Shown here: positions 1 to 12,078 of the stretch, one piece after another
Position numbering within the stretch: the first letter of the stretch is position 1
Layout: every line of letters begins with the position of its first letter
Assembly (NCBI GenBank): GCA_964016885.1
Contig: OZ024747.1
Coordinates: 57,350,001 to 57,414,000, forward strand
DNA: 64,000 nt
Direction of reading: 5' to 3'
From: Eledone cirrhosa
Lineage: Eukaryota
The notes under the pieces: model-generated
Database searches by the model: none
Seen by the model: the letters and a program-made list of their open reading frames with translations, nothing else
Told to the model about the DNA's origin: nothing
Translations under genes and position numbers: made by a program

Positions 1-617
1 GTCCAAGACTTGACTGAGACTAGACTGGTCAGTACAGTCCTAGACTTGACTGGTCACTACAGTCCGAGACTTGACTGGTCTGAGACTAGATTGGTGATTA
101 CAATCTTAGACTTGAGTGTTCATTAGGTCCAAGACTAGACTGGTCAAGGAACTACATTTTTACTCTTATATTTCATATTTGACTTGGTTTCTATGGTTTG
201 ATGTTGTTCCTAATGCCAACCACTTTACAGAGTGTACTGGGTGATTTTATTTTATCATGACACCAGCTCTAGTACTTTAAAAAGTGTACTGGGTGCATTT
301 TATCGTGACATCAGTACTATCACTTTACAGAGTGTACTGGGTGCACTATATCAGGACACCAGCACTAGGGTGATTGTTATGTCATTGAATGACTGTATTG
401 TCCTCTCAACCTTTTGTATAGTATGAATTCTACAGTTGGATGTCTAACACTTAGCACTTTACAGAGTGTACTAGGCTTATTTTGCTGTGGCATCAGCAGT
501 AGAGATGTTGTCATGTCCTTGACATAACTGTAAAGTCCTTCTAAGTCTTTGTGTTACATAACTTCTACAGCTGGACATCCTTTTTAATACTGACTACTTT
601 ACAGAGTAAAACGTTAA

Positions 618-827
618 CCCATTAGCATTTAAACCAGCTGAATCCGGCCAGAATTCTCTCACCTCTCTCTCTGTTTAAACCGGCCATAACCGGCCACTCA
701 TACTTATGCTAAGGTATTGTTCTCAAAATAAATAAAATCAAAATTTCATAGATTCTATATTATGTGAGGTAAAGCCTTTACTGCAAAAATGCAATAGAAA
801 ATATAGAGTAATGTAAATGCTAAAAGG
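618..827. mobile_element. piggyBac-type MITE
   Basis: TTAA|CCCATTAGCATTT ... AAATGCTAAAAGG|TAA inverted termini. Homologous to the copies at ~23085-23289 and 61661-62093. Confidence 0.6.
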
Positions 828-882
828 TAAATGTGTTGGTAGTCTACATTTTCCTCACTCTCTCTCTTTCTCTGTCTTCCAG

Positions 883-1113
883 AGTAGATCTGATAGCAGT
901 CACAGAAGAAGTAAGAAACGGCATAGAAGTAGCACGTCTGAAAAAACTACAGAAACCAAGGAAGAATCTTCTGCTGATGACAGTGACCTTGATCTCAACA
1001 AGACTCTACAGCCTATTAGTTTCTATATCAACCAAAGAGCTGAAATGTTGGAGCAGATGTTTCATTGCATTCAAGGGGCCACTTTAAAGAAAGCTCTCCC
1101 AGATATACTACAG
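883..1113 (+). CDS. CAAP1: Internal coding exon of CAAP1-like gene (caspase activity and apoptosis inhibitor 1)
   Basis: Polypyrimidine tract + AG (881-882), donor CAG|GTAAAC, 231 nt, phase 0-0. Encodes SRSDSSHRRSKKRHR...DLDLNKTLQPISFYINQRAEMLEQMFHCIQGATLKKALPDILQ, which resembles the CAAP1 core as I recall it (KPVSFYI..KEMLQQCF..I.EKKLQKMLPDVLK). Confidence 0.85.
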
Positions 1114-1289
1114 GTAAACTACTGCTTCTCCTTAGACATTACTCTATTACTTTATTACGTGTTCCAGCCAACAGGCTGAGGCCATGCTGGGGCACCGCCA
1201 TTGAACAATCAGTGTTCCCATGCTGGGAATTGAACCTGGGCTGCCTTAACTAAAAACCTTCCATCATAATTTTATGTGAGAACCTTTGT

Positions 1290-2524
1290 TTAAACGAGTT
1301 TTGTCCTAAAAAATAAGGGCATTGATGTTTTATTTAAATGTATATTAAACATACAGGAAATTAGAAGTTGTCAAAATATGACCCTTGGAAAATCACACAG
1401 TGGTTCCAACATTTTTTCCATTGATAGTAGCAGTACTGGAAGTCATTTTCTGTGAGTGTCCTTAGCTTGTCGATTACAATTTTTTGTATGTTTTCCACAG
1501 TCGTAAAATGGTGACCCTTCAACTTCTATTTAAACTTAGGAAAGAGGTAGAAATCACATACAGCTAGATCTAGGGAGTAGGGAGGATGTAGAAGAGTGGG
1601 AATGTTTTTCATCACTAGAAATTCTCTAATTGAAAGTGCTGTGTAAGTAGGCACATCGTAGTGCAGTATTCAATCTCCTGCAATGTATTTTCGAACTCAT
1701 TCCTAGACATCTTTTGTAGAAGATACAATTAACTGTCTCTCCTGGAGGTAAACATTCTTTGGGAACAATAAATATCACAGCTTTTGAAAAAAAAGATTTT
1801 TCATATGTTACTCTTCACTTTACTATTCTGTCTCTGGATCATACTTGAACACTCATGATTCATCTCCTGTTACTTTATTCAAGAAATTTGGCTCAATTTC
1901 GAGTTTTTCTAACAAATCCTAACAAATTTCCAACCGGTTCACCTTTTGCTCCACACACATCTGTCTGGACACTAGTTTTGCACAAAGTTTGCACCTGTGC
2001 AAATGGTCTGATGACATTTTGTGAACCACATTTTTATCCAAGCCTATTTCTTCTGCAATCATCCTACCACTTAATCAGTGATCTTCTGCCATCAGCGCTC
2101 ACTTCCACATTTAGTTCATATGTTGACGAGATTGATCTTCCAGGACGATGTTTGTCTTCAACATTTTCTCAACCCTCTTTGAAAGCTGTGTGCCACTTAA
2201 AAGCCTTACTTCTCGATAGTGTGGAATCTCCATAAGCTTGTGTTAAAGTATTAAAGGTTTCGGTGGTAGATTTGTTGAGTTTCACACAAAATTTGATCAC
2301 GTACCATTGTTTGATATTTTCATGCATCACAAACGTAACAGAGGCTATAAACACATCTGAACATAAACAGTAGTAACTCACAACTGTCTCAATCAATCAT
2401 ATTGAAACAAGTATGTACATGCAGCTAAGGTCATAACCAACGCATCTATATACATCAACAAAGTGCTACATTACCATGTAGTACATAGAAAGTCAGTACT
2501 CGTACCTTTGTTACAAACCTTGTA
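1290..2524 (-). mobile_element. Decayed mariner (Tc1/mariner) transposon
   Basis: Minus-strand IKFCVKLNKSTTETFNTLTQAYGDSTLSRSKAFKWHTAFKEG (mariner HTH) and frameshifted HPPYSP/DLAVCDFYLFPK (YSPDL motif) near 1540-1590. Contains stops and frameshifts. Confidence 0.85.
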
Positions 2525-2692
2525 TGTTTCAAAGCAGCTTAATAATGAGAAAATTAGTTATATGATTAAATCCTTCCAAAGTTTATATTATTTTATAACA
2601 ATAATTGAAATACATTGGTAATGTCTTCCATTAGAAATATAGTAATTAAAATGTTGATATTTTATTTTAAAATATTCTATTTTTTTATTTAG

Positions 2693-2777
2693 AATTTACC
2701 AATGAAAGAATTGAAGCAACTTTGTCTAACACAACTTGAGGTGATGTCAAAGAAACGGATTCTTCGAATATTGGCCG
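2693..2777 (+). CDS. CAAP1: CAAP1-like exon (NLPMKELKQLCLTQLEVMSKKRILRILA-G)
   Basis: ttttttatttAG acceptor, G|GTAAG donor, 85 nt, phase 0-1, in frame with the previous exon. Matches CAAP1 'N.SIEEIKKLC.EQLELLSEKKILKILEG'. Too short for the ORF track. Confidence 0.85.
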
Positions 2778-2924
2778 GTAAGGTAGTTCTTTGTAGTCAT
2801 AGATTTTCTTTGACACTGTTGGGTTAAAAAATAAGAATCACTTCAGGAGGTGTGGTCAAATTGGCAGAGCTGCTAGAGTCTCAGAATAAATGCCTTATAG
2901 TAGTTGTTCTAGCTCTGTGTGGCA

Positions 2925-3460
2925 ACATCATCATCATCATCATCTTCCATATTTGCATGGATTTGATAGGTCCTTTCCAGCACAGTGTCTTTCTACTTAT
3001 GGCGGTTCTTCATCAACCTGGCTTTGAGATTTAATGATTTAAGATCAGATCAGGCAACCTCTGCCCAGGTCTTCCTTCGCCCCCCTCTACTGTAGCTCTT
3101 TTCTTTGGCACTTTTTCACCCAATGGTGATCATCATCCTTGCACATCACATCTCCATACCATCACACTCTTCTCTCCTGCACACTATATCTGATTCCTCT
3201 TGTATCCAGACTATCTCAGCTCATCTAGGCTTTGCTTTCACATATATTAATATTGCACAGCCATTAAAGCATGCTTGCTTCATTTCCCTCCAGCCTTCAC
3301 ATATCTTCCACATTCACCATCCATGTTTCACTACCATGCACCATCACACTTCATACGCAAGCATCATACAGCTGCTTTTTCTTTCGTTAGAAGAAACCTT
3401 TTGCTGACAACAGAGGTAGTAGCTTTCTGAACTTTAATGCCATAAAACTGGAGTTATGGG
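2925..3460 (-). mobile_element. RTE-clade LINE 3' fragment
   Basis: Minus-strand VQERRV*WYGDVMCKDDDHHWVKKC, homologous to the RTE pieces at 17125 and 21435. Has a (GAT)n tail. Confidence 0.75.
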
Positions 3461-3467
3461 TTCAATT

Positions 3468-3640
3468 GTTCTTGCAGTGGAGACTTCTGGTGTCTTTGGC
3501 TCTAGGATCACCTCCCTACTCACTGCCATCGGCACGGAGTTGCCTACCCGCAGGTGTGAGCCTCGTGAGCTGGAATGGCTCTTCCAACACATCTCCCTCA
3601 CCATCCTCTGAGGAAACGTCTTCTTTATTCTGTCTGGCGG
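3468..3640 (+). mobile_element. CRE-like non-LTR retrotransposon, C-terminal restriction-like endonuclease fragment
   Basis: VLAVETSGVFGSRITSLLTAIGTELPTRRCEPRELEWLFQHISLTIL*GNVFFILSG fits the RLE-end pattern 'P.AVET.G.WG......EPRE..FLFQR.S.AIQRGN...IL'. The CGA>TGA stop hides it from the ORF track. Confidence 0.7.
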
Positions 3641-4485
3641 GGCTGTGGGGCGGCCAACACATGGGCCTGCATTTGCTTATAATAGTGAGAGATGTGGAAA
3701 GCAAGACAGACTGAGGCAGTGACTGTACCAGCATTGCTGAAGTATTTTGTGGAGCTAAAGGTTAAGTGATTTTACGATGAATTGTTCTTGTGGAGGGATA
3801 GTTTGAAGAGGGATGAATGAGGCTTTTAAGCTGACTTTCCTTAATACTTCATGTAGATAAACATGAGGCATCTATATGGTCACTCAATAGGCTATAAATA
3901 GTAGTCAAATATCTTATCATTATCATCATCATCATCATCATCACTTTTACATACTAACATGGATTGGACGGGACATTTTGATGCAATGTTTTACAGCCGG
4001 GTACCATTCTTGGCACTAATTATTTTAGTTGCTTCTATCTACCCATTATACTGTATATTACAGCCATTGAAATCTTTTTGACGAATATGGGACATAATCG
4101 TGTAATAAAGTGAAGAGTTGTTTCTCTTGGTGGTTACAAAGTAGTCTCCCCTGATATTTATTATTTGTCTCAACGAAGTATGTCCCAAGTCATTGATTAA
4201 CGGAACAGTCTGCTTACACGAGTAACGTGTAAGTGGATGAGTATTCCAATAATACGTGTAGCAGCCATAACATAATTCTCAGGGAGATTCAAACATATGA
4301 AGTATCACTTCAATACTCTCTTTTTAACATACCAATTCAATATCTTTTTCTCACTTCTCATCCCCCACTTTTCTTTCTTTCTCCCTCTCTCTCTTTCTGT
4401 GTGTGTGAGTGTATATATATATATATATATCATCATCATCATCTTTTAACGTCTATCTTCCACGCTAGCATAAATTATATATTTA

Positions 4486-4928
4486 AATTTCGTATATCTA
4501 ATAATATACGGTATGTTTAATAAATAAATATTTTGAAAGTGCAGCCATGAATATTGAAAGGCTGACGGCCAGTGCAACTGTCTATGCACATTTCGAGCTC
4601 TGGCCCTCATCAGGACAGTACTTCCCTGCTCTCTGCTAGAACTTGAAAACAGACGAAAATATATAGTATTTTCGCCTGTTTAGGTGGGCTGATTAGCCTC
4701 ATTTGCATATGAAGCTGTATAAGTTTGCTCAATTTAAAAGTAGAATTAAAATTTAGCTTCGGCATAGCTGTATACATATATGTTTGTGAATTTCGTATAT
4801 GTAAAGATATACGGTATGTTTAATAAATAAACATTTTGAAAGCCCAGCTATGAATATTGAAAGGCTGACGGCCAGTGCCATCTAGCAGATTCCAACAGAA
4901 GCAGCTAGGGACAACTGCCTATGCACAT
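4486..4928 (-). mobile_element. Hammerhead-bearing retrozyme-like element (~1.4 tandem monomers)
   Basis: Direct repeat 4486-4575 vs 4789-4878. Internal hammerhead, octamer at 4701-4708. Homologous to 51927-52272 and 16145-16270. Confidence 0.75.
4577..4619 (-). ncRNA. Minimal type-I hammerhead ribozyme
   Basis: Minus strand reads ACUGUC-CUGAUGA-GGGC(CAGA)GCUC-GAAA-UGUGCA-UA^-GACAGU: 6-bp stem I, intact core, 4-bp stem II, short palindromic stem III, AUA cleavage triplet. Confidence 0.85.
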
Positions 4929-5805
4929 GACCCTTTCTAGGAACATCAAAGCGGCAAGGGAATAAAGAAAGGTATCCTCAAACCAGAGACCTTGCACAAA
5001 TGCTTCCAAAAGTGTGGAAAGTGATGGTGATAAACTGTTCAACAGATTAAGTCAACCATTAATACAACACAGAAAGCTTTGAACAACTCATCCAATACTC
5101 AAACAATCTTGTTAATCAACTACCCTGTATTGGTACTTTACAAGTAACTATCATAGACTATATATGATAGTTACTCATATTCCCATTTAAATTTGTTTAT
5201 TAGCTCCTAACTAAGAATTCTTTTGTTGGGCGGGTGGGCACTGAGCCATTTGTACCAATATCTCTGGCTTAGAATTGTTGTTCATCACTAACCATATGCA
5301 CTTGATAAGACGATAGATATTGTTGTTGCTAAAGGATGAATAGTCCTTTCATCTGCCACCGTCACCCAATAACTTTGCCACCACCACCGCAACAACCACC
5401 ATCACCACTATCACCCAATAACTTTGCCACCACCACCACAACCTCCTCACCCAATAACCTTGCCACCACCACCACCATCACCCAATAAGTTTGCCACCAC
5501 AATCACCACCACCACCATCACCACTACATCATTCAGTCAACAAGCATATGCTTGATGGATCATCAATTTGGACTTTGCCCTATATGTACCTTGTGTATCC
5601 TGTTCTTTAAAATAGATGCACTCTATCCCTGCATATTGTAAAAGGTAGCCAAAAGATTTTGCGTTAGAAAAGGCACCCAACCATAAAATTCAACCTGAAA
5701 ATCTCATATCTAACCCATGTCAACATGGAAAAGATCACATGAAAATTGCTAATGATGATGGTGTTATGTCTGTATAAATATTCGTTTATATGCATAGATA
5801 CATAT

Positions 5806-6128
5806 GGAGGCACATGGCTTAGTGGTTAGAGCATTGGCCTTGCAATCGAAAGGTTGTGAGTTCAATTCTCAGACCAGGTGATGTGTTGTTTCCTTGAGCA
5901 AGACACTTTATTTCACATTGCTCCAGTTTACTCAGCTGTAGAAATCATTCCACTGGTCTATCATTCCACTACAAAGTGGTCGTGGAGGTGCCATGGCAAA
6001 AAAGCACCCAACACTCACTGTAAATGAGGTTGGTGTTAGGAAAGGCATCCAGCTGTAGAAATCAAGCCAGAATCAGTTCCCGTCCCACTCTTGCAAGCAG
6101 GGAAAAAGCGGACGTAAAATGAAATGAA
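5806..6128 (+). mobile_element. tRNA-derived SINE family A (CORE-like centre, RTE-type tail)
   Basis: A box TGGCTTAGTGG, B box GAGTTCAATTC, central CCTTGAGCAAGACACTT, tail GGAAAGGCATCCAGCTGTAGAAA. Multiple copies in the window. Confidence 0.85.
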
Positions 6129-6411
6129 TACAAGCATATAAATGTAGATATATGGACTTTAAAAGAGATGCTGTGTTATTGACATGAACACATTACAGTA
6201 CTGGTGATAGGATATGTGTTATATGAAAACTGAGACTGACATGTGGTCACCGCACTGGCCCACAATGACCTTTCCACACCTGTCTGACCATCAATCTTAT
6301 AGATATTCAGATATTTAATACGTTGATGATATGCTGAAGAGGTGTATGACGAAATGATCTCTGGAGTTGTCTCCCATACATACTGAATAAACAATATTAT
6401 CGACATATACA

Positions 6412-7070
6412 CTAGCTGAGGTACCCGGTTTCGCCCGGGAGAACAGTTAAGAGAAGACGGATAAAAGAGAAAACGACTGTATTGGATGTGTTGTCTGGTA
6501 TGAGGTGAGACTGTAATGTGTGTGTGTGTGTGTGAGTGAGAGAGATATAAAAAACAAAACAATGATAAAACTTACTTATTAGGCTGGGGGAGAAAACTGC
6601 CAATTAAATGGTAGCATTGGCCTTGGATTTTGAATGTTGTGAAATAACCATAGTCAGTATGATCTTTTTCAGCTCCAAAGGATGTCATCTGAAACACAAC
6701 AATATACCACATAACATTGCTTCTGAAGTGTTGCTTCATTAGTACGGACTGTAAATAGTATATGGATAAAAGCTGGAGGGTGGATTAATTTCAAATGGTA
6801 TCAATTTTTCTTTGTTCTGTAAAATCAAAGACTGTAAAACGACTTTATAAAAGCTAACGCAATATTGTTATACCTAAACTGATACTTTTGTGGTACGTCA
6901 CTCTCTCTCTGAATATCTAACACTTTAATTGTAACTCTCTCTGTATAACAGCCTATCTCTCTCTTTCTGCCTCTCCCACTGTGTCTGTCTCTCTTTAGAT
7001 GTGTGTGTGTGTGTAGTTTTTGTGTGATCCAACCAACCAACCATCATCTTTCTTTTATATTATATATAGA
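6412..7070 (-). mobile_element. Non-autonomous Helitron
   Basis: On the minus strand: 5' TC(TATATATA...) end, 3' hairpin CCCGGGCGAAACCGGG then CTAG end, inserted between A and T. Confidence 0.75.
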
Positions 7071-7164
7071 TTATATCTAGGTTTAAAGGATCCTAATTTA
7101 ACATTGTTATCAACATATTAATACAGTACACTTAGGTTTATTGGACTCTAATTTAACTATATTA

Positions 7165-7425
7165 AGGGTCATACATGCTTTCCAGCGTAGTTACGTCCCT
7201 TTATGGTCTGAGTTCAAATCCTGCCGAGGTTAACTTTGCCTTTCATCCTTACGGGGTCGATAAAATAAAGTACCAGTAATGCACTGGGTAATTGCTGGCT
7301 TTGTGCCCAAAGTAGAAACAATTATCTATAAAATAAAGTACCAGTAACACTGGGGTTGATTTGATCGATTTTCCCCCCTCCCTATCACATTGCTGGCCTT
7401 GTGCCTAGATCAGAAACCATTATTA
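7165..7425 (+). mobile_element. SINE family B pieces (octopus OR/OK-type, Meta-like core) inside a ~50-bp tandem repeat
   Basis: GAGTTCAAATCC B box and TTTGCCTTTCATCCTTACGGGGTCGATAAAATAAAGTACC core. Flanked by repeated TAGGTTTAAAGGACCCTAATTTAAC units (7078-7575). Confidence 0.8.
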
Positions 7426-8384
7426 ACGTATTTATACAGAACACCTAAGTTTAAAGGACCCTAATTTAACAATATTGATTTATAAATACAGTGCACTTAG
7501 GTTTAAAGGACCCTAATTTAACACTATTGATTTATTAATACAGTGCACCTAGGTTTAAAGGACCCTAATTTAACAGATTTTAGATTTAAAAGACAAAATA
7601 GTAATGATTTCTTTTATTGGCCAAAAGGCCTAGGACAAAAAGCAACACAGAGTGGGGTTTACTTCTAGTAAAGAAAAGAGGACATTCACAAATGGAGAAA
7701 GATATATATAACATAATAAAGGGAGGAGTGCGAGACTGTCTCCAGTTTATTATTTTTTTACGTTATTAAAATAAGTTGGATTACTTTGAATAAATCATGA
7801 ATGAATATTATATAATTTATGTACTAAATTTTGTAGCTCTTTATTAAACATAAATAATTTTATGTATAATGTATTGTTTATTTCAAGATTCATTTCCGTT
7901 AAAAGTTTCAAATTTCAACTTCCAGTATATTGTGTTGGTATCGCCATAAAGTCAGGTTCATTAGCATAGCCGGAATATTGTATGTATAATAATTGCTTCT
8001 ACTTTTGGCACAAGGCCAGCAATTATCCCAGTGCATTACTGGTACTTTATTTTACCAACCCCCGTAACGATGAAAGGTAAAGTTAACTTCGGCGGGATAA
8101 GGAAAATTATTGTGCATTGTAACTGTTGTTCTTCGATTTTATAAAATTAGTAACAATAAACCTAATCACTATCACTCGCAACTACATTCACACAAACACA
8201 CACACACACATACTTTATAAAGCGATTCTGTCACAACATGTAAAAAGAGAGGATTAGTTTGACTACCTTGTACTACTCCTCCTCTCTGTTTACATCTGTT
8301 GGCTGTGTGAAAGATGTAAAGAGAGAGGAGTAGTATGAGGTCGTCGGTAATGACCGTAAGAATACAATTGTGAATACAAAGGGT

Positions 8385-8720
8385 CGTCATTACTCGATAA
8401 AGTGCATAGATCAGAAAGTCACTCCAGGTAGAGCTACTACTTCTCTGAATTGAGAGATCATAGCTCCAATACTATGGGTATGTGTTTAGAATGTCTCAGG
8501 AAAGAATTGCTGAACAGATTTTACAGGCAAAATCAACCGGCAAGAGACCCCGGGGTAGACCCTGTGCAAAATGGTTGGATAATATCCTTGAGCTTGGCTG
8601 GTCACGCTTGGGGATCCAGCCGGATCAGTTACAGATGTTTGCTTCTGACATGCCCCATTGGAAGGTGTGTTTGAGGACTCTGCCCCCATAACCCTCTCAG
8701 AAATAAGTGGACGAAGAAGA
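8385..8720 (+). mobile_element. Rex3/Expander-like (RTE clade) LINE 3' fragment
   Basis: LLLRIERS*LQYYGYVFRMSQERIAEQILQAKSTGKRPRGRPCAKWLDNILELGWSRLGIQPDQL...LPP matches the Expander/Rex3 ORF C-terminus. Confidence 0.8.
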
Positions 8721-8837
8721 TATTGTCAATTTACTTTTCAGTTTACATATCACATCTATATGCATATACATTTGTGTATATCAATATGCACACTACATAT
8801 GCTAGCAGAAAATCCACCCAAGGGCGGTTTTTCTGCT

Positions 8838-9273
8838 CATCATCATCACCGTTTTACGTCCGTTCTTCCACGTTAGCATGGGTTAGACGGGTTGTCCTGT
8901 TGTGGACAGTGTCCGGTCGGCTGACCTTGTCTTGCTCATATGGGAACTGATTCTGGCTTGATTTCTACAGCTAGATGCCCTTCCTAACACCAACCTCATT
9001 TACAGTGAGTGCTGGGTGCTTTTTTTCCGTGGCGCCTACATGACCACTTTACAGTGTGGGCTGGGTGCTTTTTTGCTGTGGCACCTCCACAACCACTTTG
9101 CAGTGGAATGATAGGAACCCCAGTCCTATCATCACATTTCTACAGCTGAGTAAACTGGAGCAATGTGAAATAAAGTGTCTTGCTCAAGGAAACAACACAT
9201 CACCCGGTCCGAGAATTGAACACACAACCTTTTGATTGCAAGGCCAATGCTCTAACCACGAAGCCATGCACCT
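8838..9273 (-). mobile_element. SINE family A, full length
   Basis: Reverse-complement homologue of 57617-58063, with tRNA-like head, CORE-like centre and RTE tail ending in (GAT)n. Confidence 0.85.
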
Positions 9274-10094
9274 TCATTGTATGTGATAGTAATTGTAATT
9301 CTAACGAAAGTTCCCCAAATAGGAGAAAACTGCATGTTAGGGTAATTCCAGGAAAAATACCTCTCAAAATGTTGGATTACTCTTGTCACATGAAGGACAT
9401 TGAGAATACCACTTCAGTCTCTCCACTCTCACCCATCTTTCGGTTCTACTTCTACAGTCACAGCAAAATAATCTTCAGTGACACTATGAAGGGAGAAGTA
9501 AAATTTACATAATCTTTATTATAATTGAATTATTTTAAATTGTGTATTCGTTTATATTGTAATAAATCAGTTTATTTTTACAATATATGTATGGTCCCAT
9601 ATCTCCTAAAGGAGTTGTAGCAGCGCCGTATTGACATACAGCATTTCTTGGGTATTTTAAGCCTGGCGGAGCCAACAAATTTCTTCCAGAGAAAGATAGA
9701 AAATGAGAGAGAGAGGAAATGAGAAAGAGATATCGAGGAAGAATTGACCCCAGTAGTAGACTGGTACTTTTTTTTATTGACCTCGAATGGAGAAAAGGTA
9801 AAGTTGACCACAGTGGGATTTGAACTCAGAGAGCTGGAACGAATACCATAAAGCATTCTATCCGATGTTCTAATGACTCTGCCAATTTGCTGCCTTTATT
9901 TTTACAATAAGAACTATAAAAATTACCATCAATTTAACGGACAAATCTTCCCCCCGTTAAATTGATTCTAAGGAGTTTACTGTATTGAGTTTTTTTTACA
10001 ATGATTATATTGAGTTAGAGGGAAGTAGGTTGGTTGAATCATCGGACAAAAAGGGTTTGCTGTTCTTTATGTTCTGAGATCAAATCCCATCAGT

Positions 10095-10385
10095 CAGGGC
10101 CAGATTTCATGGGTGGAAAAGAGGGCACTTGTCCCAGGCCCCGAGTGGAGGGCCCCACCAACGATTGCCGTAGCAATTCATTTGTGCCCTCAACTGGGCT
10201 TATTAGTTTTAGGATGGTTAGAATTTTAAAATTTATTACCTCTATGTATAACTATTCAATTGTAATTACTTGCACCAAGCTAACTTCGATATGTAAAATT
10301 TGAAGTGGGGGATACTGTGTATTCTATTTTTTTTTGTGTATGAGGGGCCTCCTAAACTTGAAGTGAATATGCCCCCCCCCCCCAA
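10095..10385. mobile_element. MITE (CAGGG-terminated, hAT-like)
   Basis: Clear homologue at ~58223-58516 (CAGGGC(C/T)(A/G)GATTT start, shared internal AGGATGGTTAGAATTTT...ACTTGCACCAA). Confidence 0.55.
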
Positions 10386-11617
10386 ATGCAGTGAGTTTTA
10401 TATCAAATAATTATAATACTTGATTCGTTTGCAAGCAAACAGCCTCATTTCGCTATGTTATTTTTTTTAGATGACTATCGCCATCCCTTTGATATAGCGG
10501 TGACAGAGAGTAACAATCGTTAATGATATAAAGCTCACAAATGCAGTTACGTATCCTCTATGTTAGGGCGAAAAACGAAATTCTAATTTTGTTTTATATT
10601 GAAACAGTCATTTATTTAACACAATATTTCATTTAGTTAGGGGAGGTAACTTCGTCTCTAATTTTTCAAGAGTTATCTCGTTATGGATGTCTGCGACTAT
10701 GTAAAATAGAATTATCAACAATGTAATTTATAGGTTTTACATCAAATAATAATAATAATGGTTTCTGATTTTGGCACAAGGCCAGCAATTTTTGATTGTC
10801 ACCGCTAGAACAAAACGATGGAGATGGTCATCTATAAAACACATAGTGTAATGAGGCTGTTTGCTTGCAAACGAATCGAATATTATTATTATTATTATTC
10901 GATATTAAACTTACAAATGCATTTACGTATCCACTATGTTAGAGCAAAAAATGAAATTCTAATTTTGTTTTTCTTTTAGAAATATCACTATTTTCTAAAT
11001 TAAACTAAGCTCCTCTTTAGAAATTTCTCTTCATTTACCCATAATACTTCATTTTAATAGATGATATGGGTTACTTTAGCTACTATTGTTTTTACCACAT
11101 ATAGGTAATTCACTCAGGAAATCCGAGATGGTGTTTGTGAAATATATTAGAATATAGAAGTATGTTCTTTAGTTTTAGTCATTATGATTAGGCCATGCTG
11201 AAGTATCGTTTTCTATGTACAGCTAGTTTATATGATATGTGTTCTTGTGGTTAGAGTGTTGACTTTACGACTTTAAGGTCATGAGTTCGACTCGTGCACC
11301 AGGCAGTGCATTGTGTACTTGAACAAGATGCTTTATTACATGTAGCTTTACATGATAGAACTTTGACCCCTATCATTATAACATGCAAGAAACCTATTAG
11401 ATGCAAGGCTATCTTAGCCAGTATAGGTGTCATTCATGCACACACCCACCCACAAACACACACACACACACATACCCATACACATATAGGCCGTGTGTAT
11501 CCAGTTTAAAATAGCCACACCATATCCCTGTCTGTCGTATGAAGCAACTGAAGTGGTTAGTGTCAGGATGGGCATCAAGCTGTAAAACATTGCCTGACGA
11601 TGATGATGATAATGCTG

Positions 11618-11660
<43 letters not shown>

Positions 11661-12078
11661 ATATATATATATATATATATATCCAGGGAGTGTAACGTGG
11701 AGTTACTATAGGTTCACCCGGGTGAGCACTCGATGTTTAGGTCCACATCTGTATCGAGGTGTAGAGCTAGACAGAGTGTAATATAATAAAATAAAACAAG
11801 GGTGAGTGGTTATTCCTTCATTACGTTTATTGGTTGGTGACTCGCGTTTCACCACCGATCATCTCAAGGTTCGATCTGTATTGATCTAGCTCGACTCTGA
11901 AATCAACATGGAGAGAGAGAGATAGTGTGTTTATGAAATATTCACTTGAGATGAGTATTTCACCAGTATGCTTGTATGTGCATATGTACTCACACATACT
12001 TTTGATATATGTGTGTATGTTTGCAGTTGTGCACTTATTTCTTCATATGTGTAGTTGAACACCTCACCAAAGGTACTA

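Noticed and set aside
5806-5880. tRNA gene
   Set aside because: tRNA-like A/B boxes are the head of a multi-copy SINE and continue into a SINE body. No complete cloverleaf.
6333-6362. CUGAAGA...GAAA spacing suggestive of a hammerhead
   Set aside because: No credible stem I or II pairing.
11832-11870. Minus-strand GAAAC-GCGA-GUC half-hammerhead (similar half motifs at ~30955-31005 and ~34860-34920)
   Set aside because: No CUGANGA core or matching stem I in register. Possibly Penelope-terminal relics, but not supportable as ribozymes.
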